This document shows, piece after piece, positions 1 through 8,457 of a DNA stretch of 64,000 bases (positions are counted from its first letter, which is position 1; every line of letters begins with the position of its first letter). Origin of the DNA: Candidatus Omnitrophota bacterium. Lineage in GTDB: Bacteria; Omnitrophota; Gorgyraeia; Pluralincolimonadales; Pluralincolimonadaceae. The stretch is from contig PLNR01000004.1 in assembly GCA_003141835.1 (NCBI GenBank), forward strand, positions 13,943-77,942, read 5' to 3'. A program made the position numbers and the translations under genes. The notes below the pieces were generated by a model. It was not told the origin of the DNA and ran no database searches. It saw nothing but the letters and a program-made list of their open reading frames with translations.

Positions 1-272
1 AAGATGACAGCTCTGAGGATAGATTCGTTTATCTTATAGATCCTCTCCATCGCCGTGATCGACCGGGGCTCGCCGGTAAAATAGAGCAGGAGGTAACGGC
101 CCTTCTTCTCTTTCTTTATCGGATAGGCGAGGTCCCTCGTCCCTAATTCCTCTTTGGCGTCGACTTTCCCGCCGTTCTTTGTGATGACCTCTACGACCGC
201 GGCGCTGAGTTTCCCGTATTCTTCATCGCTTAAGTTCGGTTTGAGTATGAAAAGCCCTTCGTATTTCCTCAT
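1..272 (-). CDS. rpsF: 30S ribosomal protein S6 (3' end runs off window)
   Basis: Not in ORF track; manual translation from ATG at 272 gives MRKYEGLFILKPNLSDEEYGKLSAAVVEVITKNGGKV...LAYPIKKEKKGRY...INESILRAVI, typical S6; ATGA overlap with pth stop. Confidence 0.95.
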   Translation of the reverse strand, partial: MRKYEGLFILKPNLSDEEYGKLSAAVVEVITKNGGKVDAKEELGTRDLAYPIKKEKKGRYLLLYFTGEPRSITAMERIYKINESILRAVI

Positions 273-880
273 TTTCCTTCCTTTCTATTCTTCAGATTGA
301 ACTGAGTCGCGGCGCCTTCGACGCCGCTTTTGAGCCATGTTTCGCAACAATCGACGGAAGTTTCCACTACTTCGTCTAAAATATCTTCTTCGGCCTTCTT
401 GAAAGTCGAGAGGACGTACCCGCTCAGGCCGGCGCTTTCTGTATCCGTGTCCCGCTCTTGCATGCAAGAGCGGGGCTTGCCTATGCCGACCCTTAGCCTC
501 GCGAAATCGCCGCTCCCCAGATGCTCTATTATGGAAGCGAGGCCGTTGTGGCCTCCGGCAGAGCCGTCGGCCCTTATCCGCGTTATGCCGAGGGAGAGGT
601 TTACGTCATCGCAGATGACGAGGAAGTCGCAGAGTTCGGTCTTCCTGCGCGAGAGTATTGCCCTGACCGCTTCTCCGGACCTGTTCATATAGGTCTGGGG
701 AAGCGCTATCGCCACTTCCTCCCCTAATATCCTGCCTCTTCCAATGAGCGAATTGAACGCCTTCGTATTTAACCTTATGCCATGACTGCCGGCCAGCGCG
801 GATGCGACCGTGAAGCCCACGTTGTGCCGCGTCTTTTCGTATCTCTTCCCGGGATTCCCGAGGCCGACGATCACTTTCAT
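269..880 (-). CDS. pth: Peptidyl-tRNA hydrolase
   Basis: VGLGNPG..Y..TRHNVGF, PQTYMN.SG, GGHNGL, RLRVGIG motifs. Confidence 0.97.
   Translation of the reverse strand: MKVIVGLGNPGKRYEKTRHNVGFTVASALAGSHGIRLNTKAFNSLIGRGRILGEEVAIALPQTYMNRSGEAVRAILSRRKTELCDFLVICDDVNLSLGITRIRADGSAGGHNGLASIIEHLGSGDFARLRVGIGKPRSCMQERDTDTESAGLSGYVLSTFKKAEEDILDEVVETSVDCCETWLKSGVEGAATQFNLKNRKEGK
451..474. repeat. Perfect 24-bp palindrome inside pth
   Basis: cccgctcttgca|tgcaagagcggg is self-complementary over 24 bp. Confidence 0.9.
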
Positions 881-900
881 CCCGCACCTATGGGTGCGGG
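881..900. repeat. Short palindrome directly upstream of the pth start codon
   Basis: cccgcacc-tatg-ggtgcggg, 8-bp perfect stem; same TGTCCCGC...GCGGG arms as the element inside pth. Confidence 0.85.
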
Positions 901-917
901 ACAGGCTCCGCTATTCA

Positions 918-1625
918 TTACTCCTTCTTTTCCTTAGCCTTCGCTGCCGCCTTCGCCGCTTCCTCCGCAGCTATCTCTTCGGGTTTCTTCTGCTTCAGGA
1001 CTTCGGGCTCGGCTGGGGCAGTCTCGGCCGCAGCCGCAACTTCCTCAGGCACGATCTCTATCGGTTTCTCGACCGCGAAGATCCTGACGTCAGGGTCATT
1101 TAGTATCTTTACGCCCTTAGGCGCGACTATGTCCTTAATGAAGAGCGCGTCGCCTATCTTCATATTGCTGACATCGACCTCGAGCTTCTGGGGGATGTCG
1201 GTAGGCAAGCACTCGACCTGGATCTCCCAGAGGAGATGCTCGAGCACGCCGCCTTCCTGCTTCACGCCGATAGACTCGCCCTTCGATGCGAGGGGCACGT
1301 TCACCTTGATCTCCTCGGTCAGCGAGATCTCGTTGAAATCGACGTGCAATATGTGGCCGCTCAGCGGGTCATGCTGGATCTCTTTTATGATGCAGGTCTT
1401 GGCCTTTGCCTTCTCGTCACCCTCGATCTTGAGGTTGATAAGGGCGTTCTCTCCGGCCGAGGTATGGAGCGCCTTGTCCATCAATTTCCTGTCGAGGAAA
1501 AGCGGCATTGACTTCTCGCCCTTCCTGTAGACGACGGCGGGGATTATGCCCTTTACGCGTTCGCGTTTTACTACTTCTTTACCGAGTTCCTTCCTTACTT
1601 TGGCTTCCAGTTTTACCTGTTCCAT
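918..1625 (-). CDS. rplY: 50S ribosomal protein L25/Ctc (long form)
   Basis: IPAVVY, IQHDPL..HVDF, GVK.GGVL, acidic/Ala-rich tail; prs-rplY-pth order. Confidence 0.96.
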   Translation of the reverse strand: MEQVKLEAKVRKELGKEVVKRERVKGIIPAVVYRKGEKSMPLFLDRKLMDKALHTSAGENALINLKIEGDEKAKAKTCIIKEIQHDPLSGHILHVDFNEISLTEEIKVNVPLASKGESIGVKQEGGVLEHLLWEIQVECLPTDIPQKLEVDVSNMKIGDALFIKDIVAPKGVKILNDPDVRIFAVEKPIEIVPEEVAAAAETAPAEPEVLKQKKPEEIAAEEAAKAAAKAKEKKE

Positions 1626-1642
1626 TTAACTTCTTTCTCCTT

Positions 1643-2599
1643 TTATTGGTACACTTTATCGAATAACGTGCTTATCGATTTCTCGTAGTGTATCCTCTCT
1701 ATTGCCTGTCCCAAAAGCGGCCCGACCGATAACACCTTAATCCGCGGGATCATCTTCTCCCTGGGTATGGGTATCGTGTCGGTCACTATCAATTCCTCGA
1801 GTGCGGAATTCTCTATCCTCTCTATGGCCGGGCCCGATAAGACGGCGTGAGTGGCCGCGGCGAAGATCTTCTTTGCCCCGGCGTTCTTTAGCGCCGCTAC
1901 GGCCTCGACGAGAGTCCCTGCCGTGGCGACAAGGTCATCGATAAGGCAGACGTTCTTGCCCCTGACCTCGCCCATTATGTTCATTACCTCGGCTTCCTTG
2001 TCGTTTATCCGCCTTTTGTCCACGACGGCCAGCCCTGCCTTGAATTTTTTCGCGTAGGCGCGCGCCATCTTCATGCCGCCGACATCAGGCGAGACGACGA
2101 CGAGATTGGGGAGGTGCATCTTCTCGAAATATCTCATGAAAGTGTTCACCGCGAAAAGGTTATCGAGCGGTATGTCGAAAAATCCCTGTATCTGGCCCGC
2201 GTGCAGGTCCATCGTCAGGACGCGGTTAGCGCCGGCGACGGTTATTAGGTTCGCGACCAGTTTTGCCGTGATCGGTACGCGCGGGCGGTCTTTCCTGTCC
2301 TGCCTGCTGTACCCGTAATAAGGCATGACCGCGGTGATGCGCCGCGCCGATGAGCGCCTTATGGCGTCTGTCAATATCAATAATTCCATAAGATTATCGT
2401 TTACCGGATTGCAGGTCGGCTGGACGACGAATACGTCCCGGCCCCTTACGTCCTCGGCGATCCTTATCCTTATCTCGCCGTCGTTGAACCTGTCGACCTG
2501 CGCGTTGCCTAACGGGACCTTAAGGTAGCTGCAGATCCTCTTCGCGAGCTCGGGGTTCGCGTTGCCGGAAAATACCAGTATCTCCTTATTGTTCTTCAT
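1643..2599 (-). CDS. prs: Ribose-phosphate pyrophosphokinase
   Basis: F.DGE, YYGYSRQDRK, DLHAGQIQGFF, VSPDVGG, DDLVATAGT. Confidence 0.98.
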   Translation of the reverse strand: MKNNKEILVFSGNANPELAKRICSYLKVPLGNAQVDRFNDGEIRIRIAEDVRGRDVFVVQPTCNPVNDNLMELLILTDAIRRSSARRITAVMPYYGYSRQDRKDRPRVPITAKLVANLITVAGANRVLTMDLHAGQIQGFFDIPLDNLFAVNTFMRYFEKMHLPNLVVVSPDVGGMKMARAYAKKFKAGLAVVDKRRINDKEAEVMNIMGEVRGKNVCLIDDLVATAGTLVEAVAALKNAGAKKIFAAATHAVLSGPAIERIENSALEELIVTDTIPIPREKMIPRIKVLSVGPLLGQAIERIHYEKSISTLFDKVYQ

Positions 2600-3867
2600 C
2601 TTTTGCCCTTTGCCTTTTTAGATTTATCCAGTATCCTCGCCGGCACTCCTACTGCGACAGCTTTCGCCGGGATGTTATTGTTTTTTAAGACGACGCTTCC
2701 CGCGCCTGTGACGGCGCCGTTGCCGACCTTGACCGGGGCGACCAGTATTGTGCCGCTCCCGACAAAGACTTTATCCCCTATCACGGTCCTGCTCTTTTTC
2801 TTGCCGTCGTAATTAGCGGTAATGGTGCCGCATCCCACGTTGGCGCCTTTACCGACGACGGTATCGCCGAGATAGGTAAGGTGTTTTGCTTTAGATTTAG
2901 AACCGATCTTCGAACGTACGATTTCGACGAAATTACCTATTTCCGCGTCGTCATCGATAGTCGTGCCCGGCCTTAACCTGCAGAACGGCCCGATCGCGCA
3001 GCGTTTGCCGATGACCACGTCTTTCTCTATAAAAGTAAAAGGATAAATGACCGTGTCTTTACCGATCTTCGCATCCGGAGATATGAAAGTCGTAGCAGGG
3101 TCGAGTACCGTGACCGAACCCTTGATAAGTTCCGCGACTTTCCTCCGGCCCAATACAGAATACGCTTTAGCCAAATCCGCCCTCGAGTTCATCCCGATTG
3201 ACTCGCCGGGATCGTCCGTCTTGAATGCGCTGACTTTCCTTCCGTCTTCCAGGAGGATCTCAATTACATCGGTCAGGTAAAATTCCTTCTTGACCTTCGA
3301 CTTCTGCACCCTGCTTATGGCTTCAAAGAGGTCCTTGCGGTCGAAACAGTAGAGCCCGACGTTTATCTCGCGGACCCGCTTCTCATCCGCGACCGCCTCT
3401 TTATCTTCGACGATCGCTTTTACGCCGCCTGATATCCCGCGGATGATCCTGCCGTACCCGGACGGATCGTCCATGTCTACGGTCAGTACCGTGCAGGAGG
3501 ACGCTGAAGCCTTGTGCTGCTTCATCAAGAACCGCAAAGTCCCTATTTTTACCAGGGGGACATCGCCGTAAAGGACCGCGATGTCATCAAATCCGGATAA
3601 TTCCTTCTTCGCAACCTTTACCGCGTCCGCCGTGCCGAGCTGCTTCTCCTGGACGACGGTCCTTGCCTTGCCCTTGAGGAAGCGCTCTGTCTCCCCGGCC
3701 TTGTGGCCTATCACGACGACGGGCTTTTCGAACCCGCATGCCGACGCCGTGTCCAGGACATGCTGGAGGATGGGTTTCCCGTGCAGGTCATGCAGGACTT
3801 TCGGTATATCGGAATAGAAACGCGTTCCCTTGCCGGCGGCAAGGATCACACAACCGAAGCCGCTCAA
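2596..3867 (-). CDS. glmU: Bifunctional GlcNAc-1-P uridyltransferase/acetyltransferase
   Basis: LAAGKGTR..PKVLH, QLGTADAV, YGDVPL, EFYLTD, hexapeptide region with HLTYLGD and NYDG; TTG start. Confidence 0.96.
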   Translation of the reverse strand: MSGFGCVILAAGKGTRFYSDIPKVLHDLHGKPILQHVLDTASACGFEKPVVVIGHKAGETERFLKGKARTVVQEKQLGTADAVKVAKKELSGFDDIAVLYGDVPLVKIGTLRFLMKQHKASASSCTVLTVDMDDPSGYGRIIRGISGGVKAIVEDKEAVADEKRVREINVGLYCFDRKDLFEAISRVQKSKVKKEFYLTDVIEILLEDGRKVSAFKTDDPGESIGMNSRADLAKAYSVLGRRKVAELIKGSVTVLDPATTFISPDAKIGKDTVIYPFTFIEKDVVIGKRCAIGPFCRLRPGTTIDDDAEIGNFVEIVRSKIGSKSKAKHLTYLGDTVVGKGANVGCGTITANYDGKKKSRTVIGDKVFVGSGTILVAPVKVGNGAVTGAGSVVLKNNNIPAKAVAVGVPARILDKSKKAKGKR

Positions 3868-3883
3868 TTTATCCCTGTGCCCC

Positions 3884-5140
3884 TTAGGCTATTTTACGTT
3901 TGTCTTTGTCTTCGCCGCGCGCGATGAGTATCGGCATGGTCTTGCGCGTGACGCATTCCGGCGTGATTATGCACTCCGCGATATCGTTCTGCGACGGAAT
4001 ATCATACATCACTTCGAACATTATCTCTTCGAGTATCGAGCGCAGGCCGCGAGCGCCGGTGCCCTTATGCAGGGCTTCTTTCGCGATCGCGACGAGCGAA
4101 TCTTCGGGGATCGTAAGCTTGACGTTCTCCATCTCGAAAAATTTCGTATACTGTTTTACCAGCGAATTCTTGGGCTTGACCAAAACCTCTACGAGGTCTT
4201 TCTCGTCAAGCGGGTTGAGCGTTGCGACCACCGGCAGGCGCCCCACGAATTCCGGGATCATCCCGAACTTTAACAGGTCCTCCGGCTCGACCCGGGAAAG
4301 GAGGTCTCCCATCTTCTTGGCCTTGCTGGCCTGCGGCTCGTCGAGATAAGTGTTGAAGCCTATCGTCTTCTTGCCTATCCTGCGCTCGATTATCTTGTCG
4401 ATGGTCGAGAAAGTCCCTCCGCATATAAAAAGTATGTTGGTCGTATCGACCTGTATATATTCCTGCTGCGGGTGTTTCCTTCCGCCCTGCGGCGGGACGT
4501 TGGCGGTCGTCCCTTCCAGTATCTTCAACAGCGCCTGCTGGACGCCCTCTCCGGAGACATCCCTCGTGACCGAGACGTTCTCATGGGTCTTGCCGATCTT
4601 GTCTATCTCGTCGATATATATTATCCCGTGCTGCGCGCGTTTTACGTCGTAATTGCACGCCTGGAGAAGGCGCAAGAGCACGTTCTCGACGTCCTCGCCG
4701 ACGTAACCGGCCTCTGTCAACGGCGTGGCGTCGCACAGGGCAAACGGCACATCCAGGACCTTCGCGAGCGTCCGCGCCAGGAGCGTCTTGCCGGACCCGG
4801 TGGGCCCGATAAGCAGGACGTTTGACTTCTCGAACTCGACGTCGCGGCTCTGTACCTGCGTGACTATGCGTTTGTAATGGTTGTATACGCCAACGGAAAG
4901 CTGCCTCTTGGCGCGATCCTGCCCGACTATGTATTGGTCGAGCTGGCGCTTTAATTCGGCGGGCTTTAAAAGTTCCTTGACGCGGGTCTCGCGCTTCTGC
5001 TTAAGCTCCTCTTCCTCGTCGCTGGACAAGATCTGTCCGCAAAGCTTGACGCAGCTCTCGCAGATATACGCGCCCTGCCCCGAAAATAGTTTCTTCACTT
5101 TTTCGCGGGATTTCCCGCAAAACGAACATCTCTCTGTCAT
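3884..5140 (-). CDS. clpX: ATP-dependent Clp protease ATP-binding subunit
   Basis: N-terminal CSFCGK...ICESC zinc finger, [46 protein letters not shown] loop. Confidence 0.98.
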   Translation of the reverse strand: MTERCSFCGKSREKVKKLFSGQGAYICESCVKLCGQILSSDEEEELKQKRETRVKELLKPAELKRQLDQYIVGQDRAKRQLSVGVYNHYKRIVTQVQSRDVEFEKSNVLLIGPTGSGKTLLARTLAKVLDVPFALCDATPLTEAGYVGEDVENVLLRLLQACNYDVKRAQHGIIYIDEIDKIGKTHENVSVTRDVSGEGVQQALLKILEGTTANVPPQGGRKHPQQEYIQVDTTNILFICGGTFSTIDKIIERRIGKKTIGFNTYLDEPQASKAKKMGDLLSRVEPEDLLKFGMIPEFVGRLPVVATLNPLDEKDLVEVLVKPKNSLVKQYTKFFEMENVKLTIPEDSLVAIAKEALHKGTGARGLRSILEEIMFEVMYDIPSQNDIAECIITPECVTRKTMPILIARGEDKDKRKIA

Positions 5141-5157
5141 TCCGATTTGCCTCGCAT

Positions 5158-5231
5158 TGGTTGCCCGGTGAGGATTCGAACCTCAACGCCGAGATCCAAA
5201 TTCTCGTGTGCTACCTTTACACTACCGGGCA
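5158..5231 (-). tRNA. tRNA-Gln (UUG), CCA encoded
   Basis: Reverse complement TGCCCGG-TA-GTGTAAAGGTAGCAC-A-CGAGA-ATTTGGA-TCTCG-...-TGAGG-TTCGAAT-CCTCA-CCGGGCA-ACCA folds as a cloverleaf with anticodon TTG. Confidence 0.95.
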
Positions 5232-5254
5232 GAAGAAAATAAAACTATTCGGTT

Positions 5255-5286
5255 AAGCCTTTTCTTATAATGCATAAGGAAGGCTT
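5255..5286. terminator. Stem-loop between spoVG and tRNA-Gln (terminator or processing signal)
   Basis: aagccttttcttat-aatgc-ataaggaaggctt imperfect inverted repeat; no clear U-tract on the minus strand. Confidence 0.4.
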
Positions 5287-5297
5287 GCCCTGTGGGG

Positions 5298-5732
5298 CTA
5301 GTCTTCTTCTTCTGCGTACTCTGGCCCTTTGGCTGGGACAGGACCCTTCTTCTTCTCGGCATCAAAGGCTTCCAGTACCCTCTTCTGGATAAGCTCCCTG
5401 AATTCGAGCGTGATAGGATGGGCTATGTCTTTGTGTTCCGCCTGGCGCTCCTTCGCCTCGTCCTCCGGGCTCTTCGCCGCCGGACGCGGGATGCAATTCA
5501 GGCCGGAACCGCAGTTATTGCAATATTTGGACCGTACCACGTTCTTGAAATTGCATTTCGGGCACGGCTCCTTCATCTTCCTCGACGGCATCGCGACGAA
5601 GAGGCCCTTTTGCCCTTCGATGACCTTTATATTCCTGACGACGAACGCGCTGTCGAAAGTTACCGTAGCGTAAGCCTTAAGCTTCTTGTCCTGCCCCTCT
5701 TTCATGAAGACCCTGACCTCGGTGATCTGCAT
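5298..5732 (-). CDS. spoVG: SpoVG family protein with CxxC...CxxC insertion
   Basis: [36 protein letters not shown]...DIAHPI; internal CPKC..YCNNC insert. Confidence 0.93.
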   Translation of the reverse strand: MQITEVRVFMKEGQDKKLKAYATVTFDSAFVVRNIKVIEGQKGLFVAMPSRKMKEPCPKCNFKNVVRSKYCNNCGSGLNCIPRPAAKSPEDEAKERQAEHKDIAHPITLEFRELIQKRVLEAFDAEKKKGPVPAKGPEYAEEED

Positions 5733-5770
5733 CTGCTGCTCCTTTTTTTCTCAGATGAAGAAAGGCTGGC

Positions 5771-6640
5771 TTACCACAAAGTCCGCGCGACGAAAGCTTT
5801 CCAACCGTCCCCAAGTAAGAGCCTACTCTTTGCTTCCAGAGCTTCTTCTTTACCGGAAGCCACTCCATACACCGTAGGCCCGCTGCCGCTCATAATCGAA
5901 AACCTGAGCCCCGCTTCTTTTATCGCAGATTTCATCTCAGAGATGGCCTTGGACTTGCGTTCAACCGGGACTTCCAAGCTATTGGACAAAAGACTCCCAA
6001 GGTCCTCAAATTTGATCCCTTTGAGGCGAACAGGGTTAATTCTACTATCAGAAGGGGCCGAAGTCAAGCCCAAATTTAGGTCGTTGTAGGCGTCTTTTGC
6101 GAGCACCGGAAATCCAGGATTGACAAGAAGATACCAAAAAACGCTCTTTTCCTGCCCGTCTCCGCACGGTTCCAGTATTTCGCCTTTCCCTCGGCCTATA
6201 GCCCTCCCACAATCTAATAAAAAGAAGGCAACATCCGCCCCGATCGAACTTCCTATCTCTAATAAATGACTTTTATTAAGTTTTAAGTTCCAAAGTTCAT
6301 TCAAGCCGCGCAAGGCATAGGCGCAATCAGAGCTGGCGCCGCCTAAACCGGCCGCGACCGGGATATTCTTCTTTAATGTCATCTCCACGCCGCCGGCCGC
6401 CGGATATCTATCCTTGAGCATCTGCGCGGCTTTGTAGATGAGGTTGCGCTTATCACAAGGCGCTTGTGGGTCATCGCATTTGACCACAATATCTTCGGGT
6501 ATCGCTTTGAGGGAAAGTTCGTCGCAGAGATCTATGCGCTCGAACACGGTCTCGATGTCATGGTAACCGTCGGGCCGCTTGCGCAGGACCTTAAGATACA
6601 GGTTTATCTTTGCGGGAGGTCTTAAGTTTATCATAGGCAT
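5771..6640 (-). CDS. ispE: 4-diphosphocytidyl-2-C-methyl-D-erythritol kinase
   Basis: PAKINLYL, DGYHDIET, IPVAAGLGGASSD, GADVAFF, MSGSGPT. Confidence 0.97.
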   Translation of the reverse strand: MPMINLRPPAKINLYLKVLRKRPDGYHDIETVFERIDLCDELSLKAIPEDIVVKCDDPQAPCDKRNLIYKAAQMLKDRYPAAGGVEMTLKKNIPVAAGLGGASSDCAYALRGLNELWNLKLNKSHLLEIGSSIGADVAFFLLDCGRAIGRGKGEILEPCGDGQEKSVFWYLLVNPGFPVLAKDAYNDLNLGLTSAPSDSRINPVRLKGIKFEDLGSLLSNSLEVPVERKSKAISEMKSAIKEAGLRFSIMSGSGPTVYGVASGKEEALEAKSRLLLGDGWKAFVARTLW

Positions 6641-6672
6641 TAGCCCCTTCCCTTAGTGGGTATAGGGAAGGG

Positions 6673-7626
6673 CTATCCTTTAGGATACTTTTTGGCTTTA
6701 AGGAGTTCGAGCGCCGCTTTCACGATGCCTTCGGCGCTAAGGCCGAAATATTTCATGAGCTCCAGGGCATCACCGGATTCGCCGAAACGGTCCTTCATCC
6801 CGACCATGCGCACCGGGACGGGGCAATTTTCGGCCAGGACCTCGACGACGGCGCTTCCCATCCCGCCTACGACAGTGTGCTCTTCGGCGGTGACGATAGC
6901 GCCGGTCTCTTTCGCGGCTTTTATTATCTCTTCCTTGTCTATCGGCTTTACCGTATGGAGGTTTACCACTCGGGATGACACTCCCAGTTTTTTGAGGTCG
7001 TCCCTCGCTTTCAGCGCCTCATGGACCATTACACCCGTCCCGATTATTGTGAGGTCTGAACCGTCGGCCATGCGCAGGGCCTTGCCTATTTTATAACTGT
7101 CCTTGTAGTCTGTTATTATGGGGAAGGGTTCGCGTCCCAGCCTTAGGTATACCGGCCCGGGATGTGAAGCGGCGGCGATCGTCGCAAGCCGCGCCTCTTC
7201 GGAATCGCACGGCACTATCACCGTCATGTTCGGCAGGACGCGCATAAGCGTTATCTCTTCAAGCGCCTGGTGCGAGGCGCCGTCAGGCCCGACCGATATC
7301 CCGCCGTGGCTGCCCGCGATCTTGACGTTCAGGTTCATGTAGCAGACCGAAAGGCGTATTTGGTCCCAGGCGCGGCCCGAGGCGAATACTCCGAACGTGC
7401 ACGCGAACGGGACCTTGCCGCTCAGCGCGAAACCCGCGGCGGTGGATATCATGTCCTGCTCGGCCACGCCGAAATCGAAGAACCTCTCCGGATATTTATC
7501 CCTGAACCAGTTGGCGCGCACCGAGGCGGTAAGGTCCGCGGAAAGCACCACGACATTACTGTTCGACTTCCCGAGCTCTACCAGCGCCTCGCCGAATCCG
7601 TCGCGTGTAGGTTTGATGACAGGCAT
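6673..7626 (-). CDS. Transketolase C-terminal subunit (split transketolase)
   Basis: TRDGFGEAL, GVAEQ, GPDGASHQ, GPVYLRL, EEH..GGMGSAV. Confidence 0.95.
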   Translation of the reverse strand: MPVIKPTRDGFGEALVELGKSNSNVVVLSADLTASVRANWFRDKYPERFFDFGVAEQDMISTAAGFALSGKVPFACTFGVFASGRAWDQIRLSVCYMNLNVKIAGSHGGISVGPDGASHQALEEITLMRVLPNMTVIVPCDSEEARLATIAAASHPGPVYLRLGREPFPIITDYKDSYKIGKALRMADGSDLTIIGTGVMVHEALKARDDLKKLGVSSRVVNLHTVKPIDKEEIIKAAKETGAIVTAEEHTVVGGMGSAVVEVLAENCPVPVRMVGMKDRFGESGDALELMKYFGLSAEGIVKAALELLKAKKYPKG

Positions 7627-8457
7627 TTACTTAAGGCCCTCTTCTATCTCTTTGAGCGCTTTTTCAAGGTCGGCCTTCTTGACGGCCGTGCCGTGGTATC
7701 CGGGCGCGTTCTTCTCGATGAACGAGACTCCCTTGCCCTTTACCGTATGCGCGATTATCACCGTGGGTTTCCCTTTTATCATCTCGGCCTTATCGAGCGC
7801 GTCCATTATCTGCTTGAAATCGTGGCCGTCTATCTCTATGACGTGCCAGCCGAAAGCGAGCCATTTGTCCTTTACCGGCTCGAGGTTCTTTATGTCGCTA
7901 GTCCAGCCGTCTATCTGCTGCTTGTTGAGGTCTACGATGGCGCAGAGGTTGTCTATCTTGTAATGCGCGGCGGTCATGGCGGCTTCCCATACCTGCCCTT
8001 CGTCAAGCTCGCCGTCGCCAAGCAGGCAATATACCCTGTAATCCTTGAAATCCATGCGCGCGGAGAGCGCCATCCCGTCGGAGATGGAGAGCCCCTGTCC
8101 GAGCGATCCGGTCGAGGCCTCGCAACCGGGCGTACTGAGGCTCGCGTGCCCCTGGAGTATTGAACCGCGCTTGCGCACGGTCATTAGAGTTTCGCGCGGG
8201 AAGAATCCCCTGTGCGCGAGCACCGCGTAGAGCGTCGGGCAGGTGTGCCCCTTTGAAAGGACGAACCTGTCCCTCTCCGGCCATTTGATATTCTTGGGAT
8301 CATAACGCAACTTATAATAATAAAGCGCGACGACGAGCTCGACGCACGAGAGCGATCCGGACGTATGCCCGGACCCCGCCTCGGAGAGCATCGTCAGGAC
8401 GTCTTTTCTTATCTCTTTGGCCGTATCTTTTAACTGGTCGAGGCTTGGTCTTGCCAT
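7627..8457 (-). CDS. Transketolase N-terminal subunit
   Basis: SGHTSGSLS, DRFVLSKGH, GSLGQGLS, GDGELDEGQVWEA TPP motif; start placed at ATG 8457 (MARPSLDQ), overlapping the upstream TAA. Confidence 0.95.
   Translation of the reverse strand: MARPSLDQLKDTAKEIRKDVLTMLSEAGSGHTSGSLSCVELVVALYYYKLRYDPKNIKWPERDRFVLSKGHTCPTLYAVLAHRGFFPRETLMTVRKRGSILQGHASLSTPGCEASTGSLGQGLSISDGMALSARMDFKDYRVYCLLGDGELDEGQVWEAAMTAAHYKIDNLCAIVDLNKQQIDGWTSDIKNLEPVKDKWLAFGWHVIEIDGHDFKQIMDALDKAEMIKGKPTVIIAHTVKGKGVSFIEKNAPGYHGTAVKKADLEKALKEIEEGLK

Noticed and set aside
5158-5231. Integrated element at tRNA-Gln
   Set aside because: No duplicated tRNA 3' end or integrase seen in the window.
6641-6675. Hairpin between transketolase and ispE
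   Set aside because: Imperfect stem formed largely from purine/pyrimidine tracts, no U-tract; insufficient support for a function.
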